From contig OZ001293.3 in NCBI GenBank assembly GCA_963921275.4, positions 5,280,001 to 5,344,000 on the forward strand: a DNA stretch of 64,000 nucleotides, written 5' to 3'. This document shows, piece by piece, positions 63,432-64,000 of this stretch (its first letter is position 1; the number at the start of each line of letters is the position of its first letter). This DNA is from an uncultured Hormoscilla sp. (lineage in GTDB: Bacteria > Cyanobacteriota > Cyanobacteriia > Cyanobacteriales > Desertifilaceae). The notes under the pieces are model-generated. The model saw nothing but the letters and a program-made list of their open reading frames with translations, searched no databases and was not told the DNA's origin. Both the position numbers and the translations under genes were made by a program.

Positions 63432-64000
63432 CTACTTCCGGGGTGGGAGATAAGATATGGGGTTAACCGCTCTCGAACCGGATAGATGGATCTCAAAATG
63501 CAGGTGCGGGCCAATGCTGTATCCCGTGCTGCCCATTTCGGCAATTAGATCACCTTGCTCAACTTGCTGGCCCTTGTTTACCAGAATACGGTTATTATGG
63601 GCATAGCGAGTTAAACTGCCATTGGGATGGCGAATCTCAACTAGTTTCCCATAGCCACCACGATTCCAGCCAGCAAATTTTACCTCTCCAGGACCTGCTG
63701 ACACAATCGGCGTCCCGATCGGTCCTGCAATATCAATCCCCTTATGCATCCGTCCCCACCGCCAGCCATAGCGTGAAGTCAAAGTTCCTTTAGCTGGCCA
63801 AATATAGCCATTAAAGGGGGCTGTTCCTTCCGGCAAGTCTCTGTGTGGCCGTGGCGATATGGGGGCCGCTGCCACCGCTTCTGGTTTCTTTGTGTTCCCC
63901 CCTGTCGTCTCCATCCCTGCCGATAGTTCTGGTTGCGACTGTTCGGGCTGTCCAGTGGGCAAAGAGGTCTCATTGTTATCTCTCGAGTTATCCCCAGAAG
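63432..64000 (-). CDS. M23-family peptidase (NlpD-like), probably 5'-partial
   Basis: WPAKG.LTS.YGWRWGRMHKGIDIA, YAHN and GPHLHFE motifs. Confidence 0.9.
   Translation of the reverse strand, partial: SGDNSRDNNETSLPTGQPEQSQPELSAGMETTGGNTKKPEAVAAAPISPRPHRDLPEGTAPFNGYIWPAKGTLTSRYGWRWGRMHKGIDIAGPIGTPIVSAGPGEVKFAGWNRGGYGKLVEIRHPNGSLTRYAHNNRILVNKGQQVEQGDLIAEMGSTGYSIGPHLHFEIHLSGSRAVNPISYLPPRK

Overview
This is a cyanobacterial chromosomal window: HIP1 GCGATCGC is abundant, and petN, cp12 and pxcA are present. The repeat families look Oscillatoriales-like, which is an inference. Intact housekeeping genes (smc, glmM, threonine synthase-like, mtnA, dxs, pxcA, tRNA-CAU) alternate with heavily eroded accessory DNA. 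Highlights: (1) Three complete-looking but ORF-less group II introns (about 938-1808, 2736-3613, 49342-50338), each with a different EBS1 loop. For two of them EBS1 visibly pairs with the local exon, and all three have clean junctions without target duplication. Two remnants of IEP-encoding introns are also present. (2) A defence-like island (14.5-23.2 kb) holds tandem STAS/DUF4325-like genes plus PIN, a Ser/Thr kinase-SF1 helicase fusion with a PLD partner (Mokosh type I-like, partner broken) and MazEF. The kinase-helicase/PLD pair is bracketed by a near-identical REP+promoter-like direct repeat. (3) Families of 25-26 nt hairpin mini-repeats riddle a toxin-antitoxin graveyard (25-28 kb) and also sit in genes, at start codons and in a ribozyme. 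(4) Two unexplained degenerate 21-bp-period tandem arrays. (5) A frameshifted DUF4347-LRR-Ig-cadherin-RTX giant protein. (6) Two intact IS982 copies and several MITEs with readable target-site duplications. All family names come from motif recognition by eye, not from database searches.
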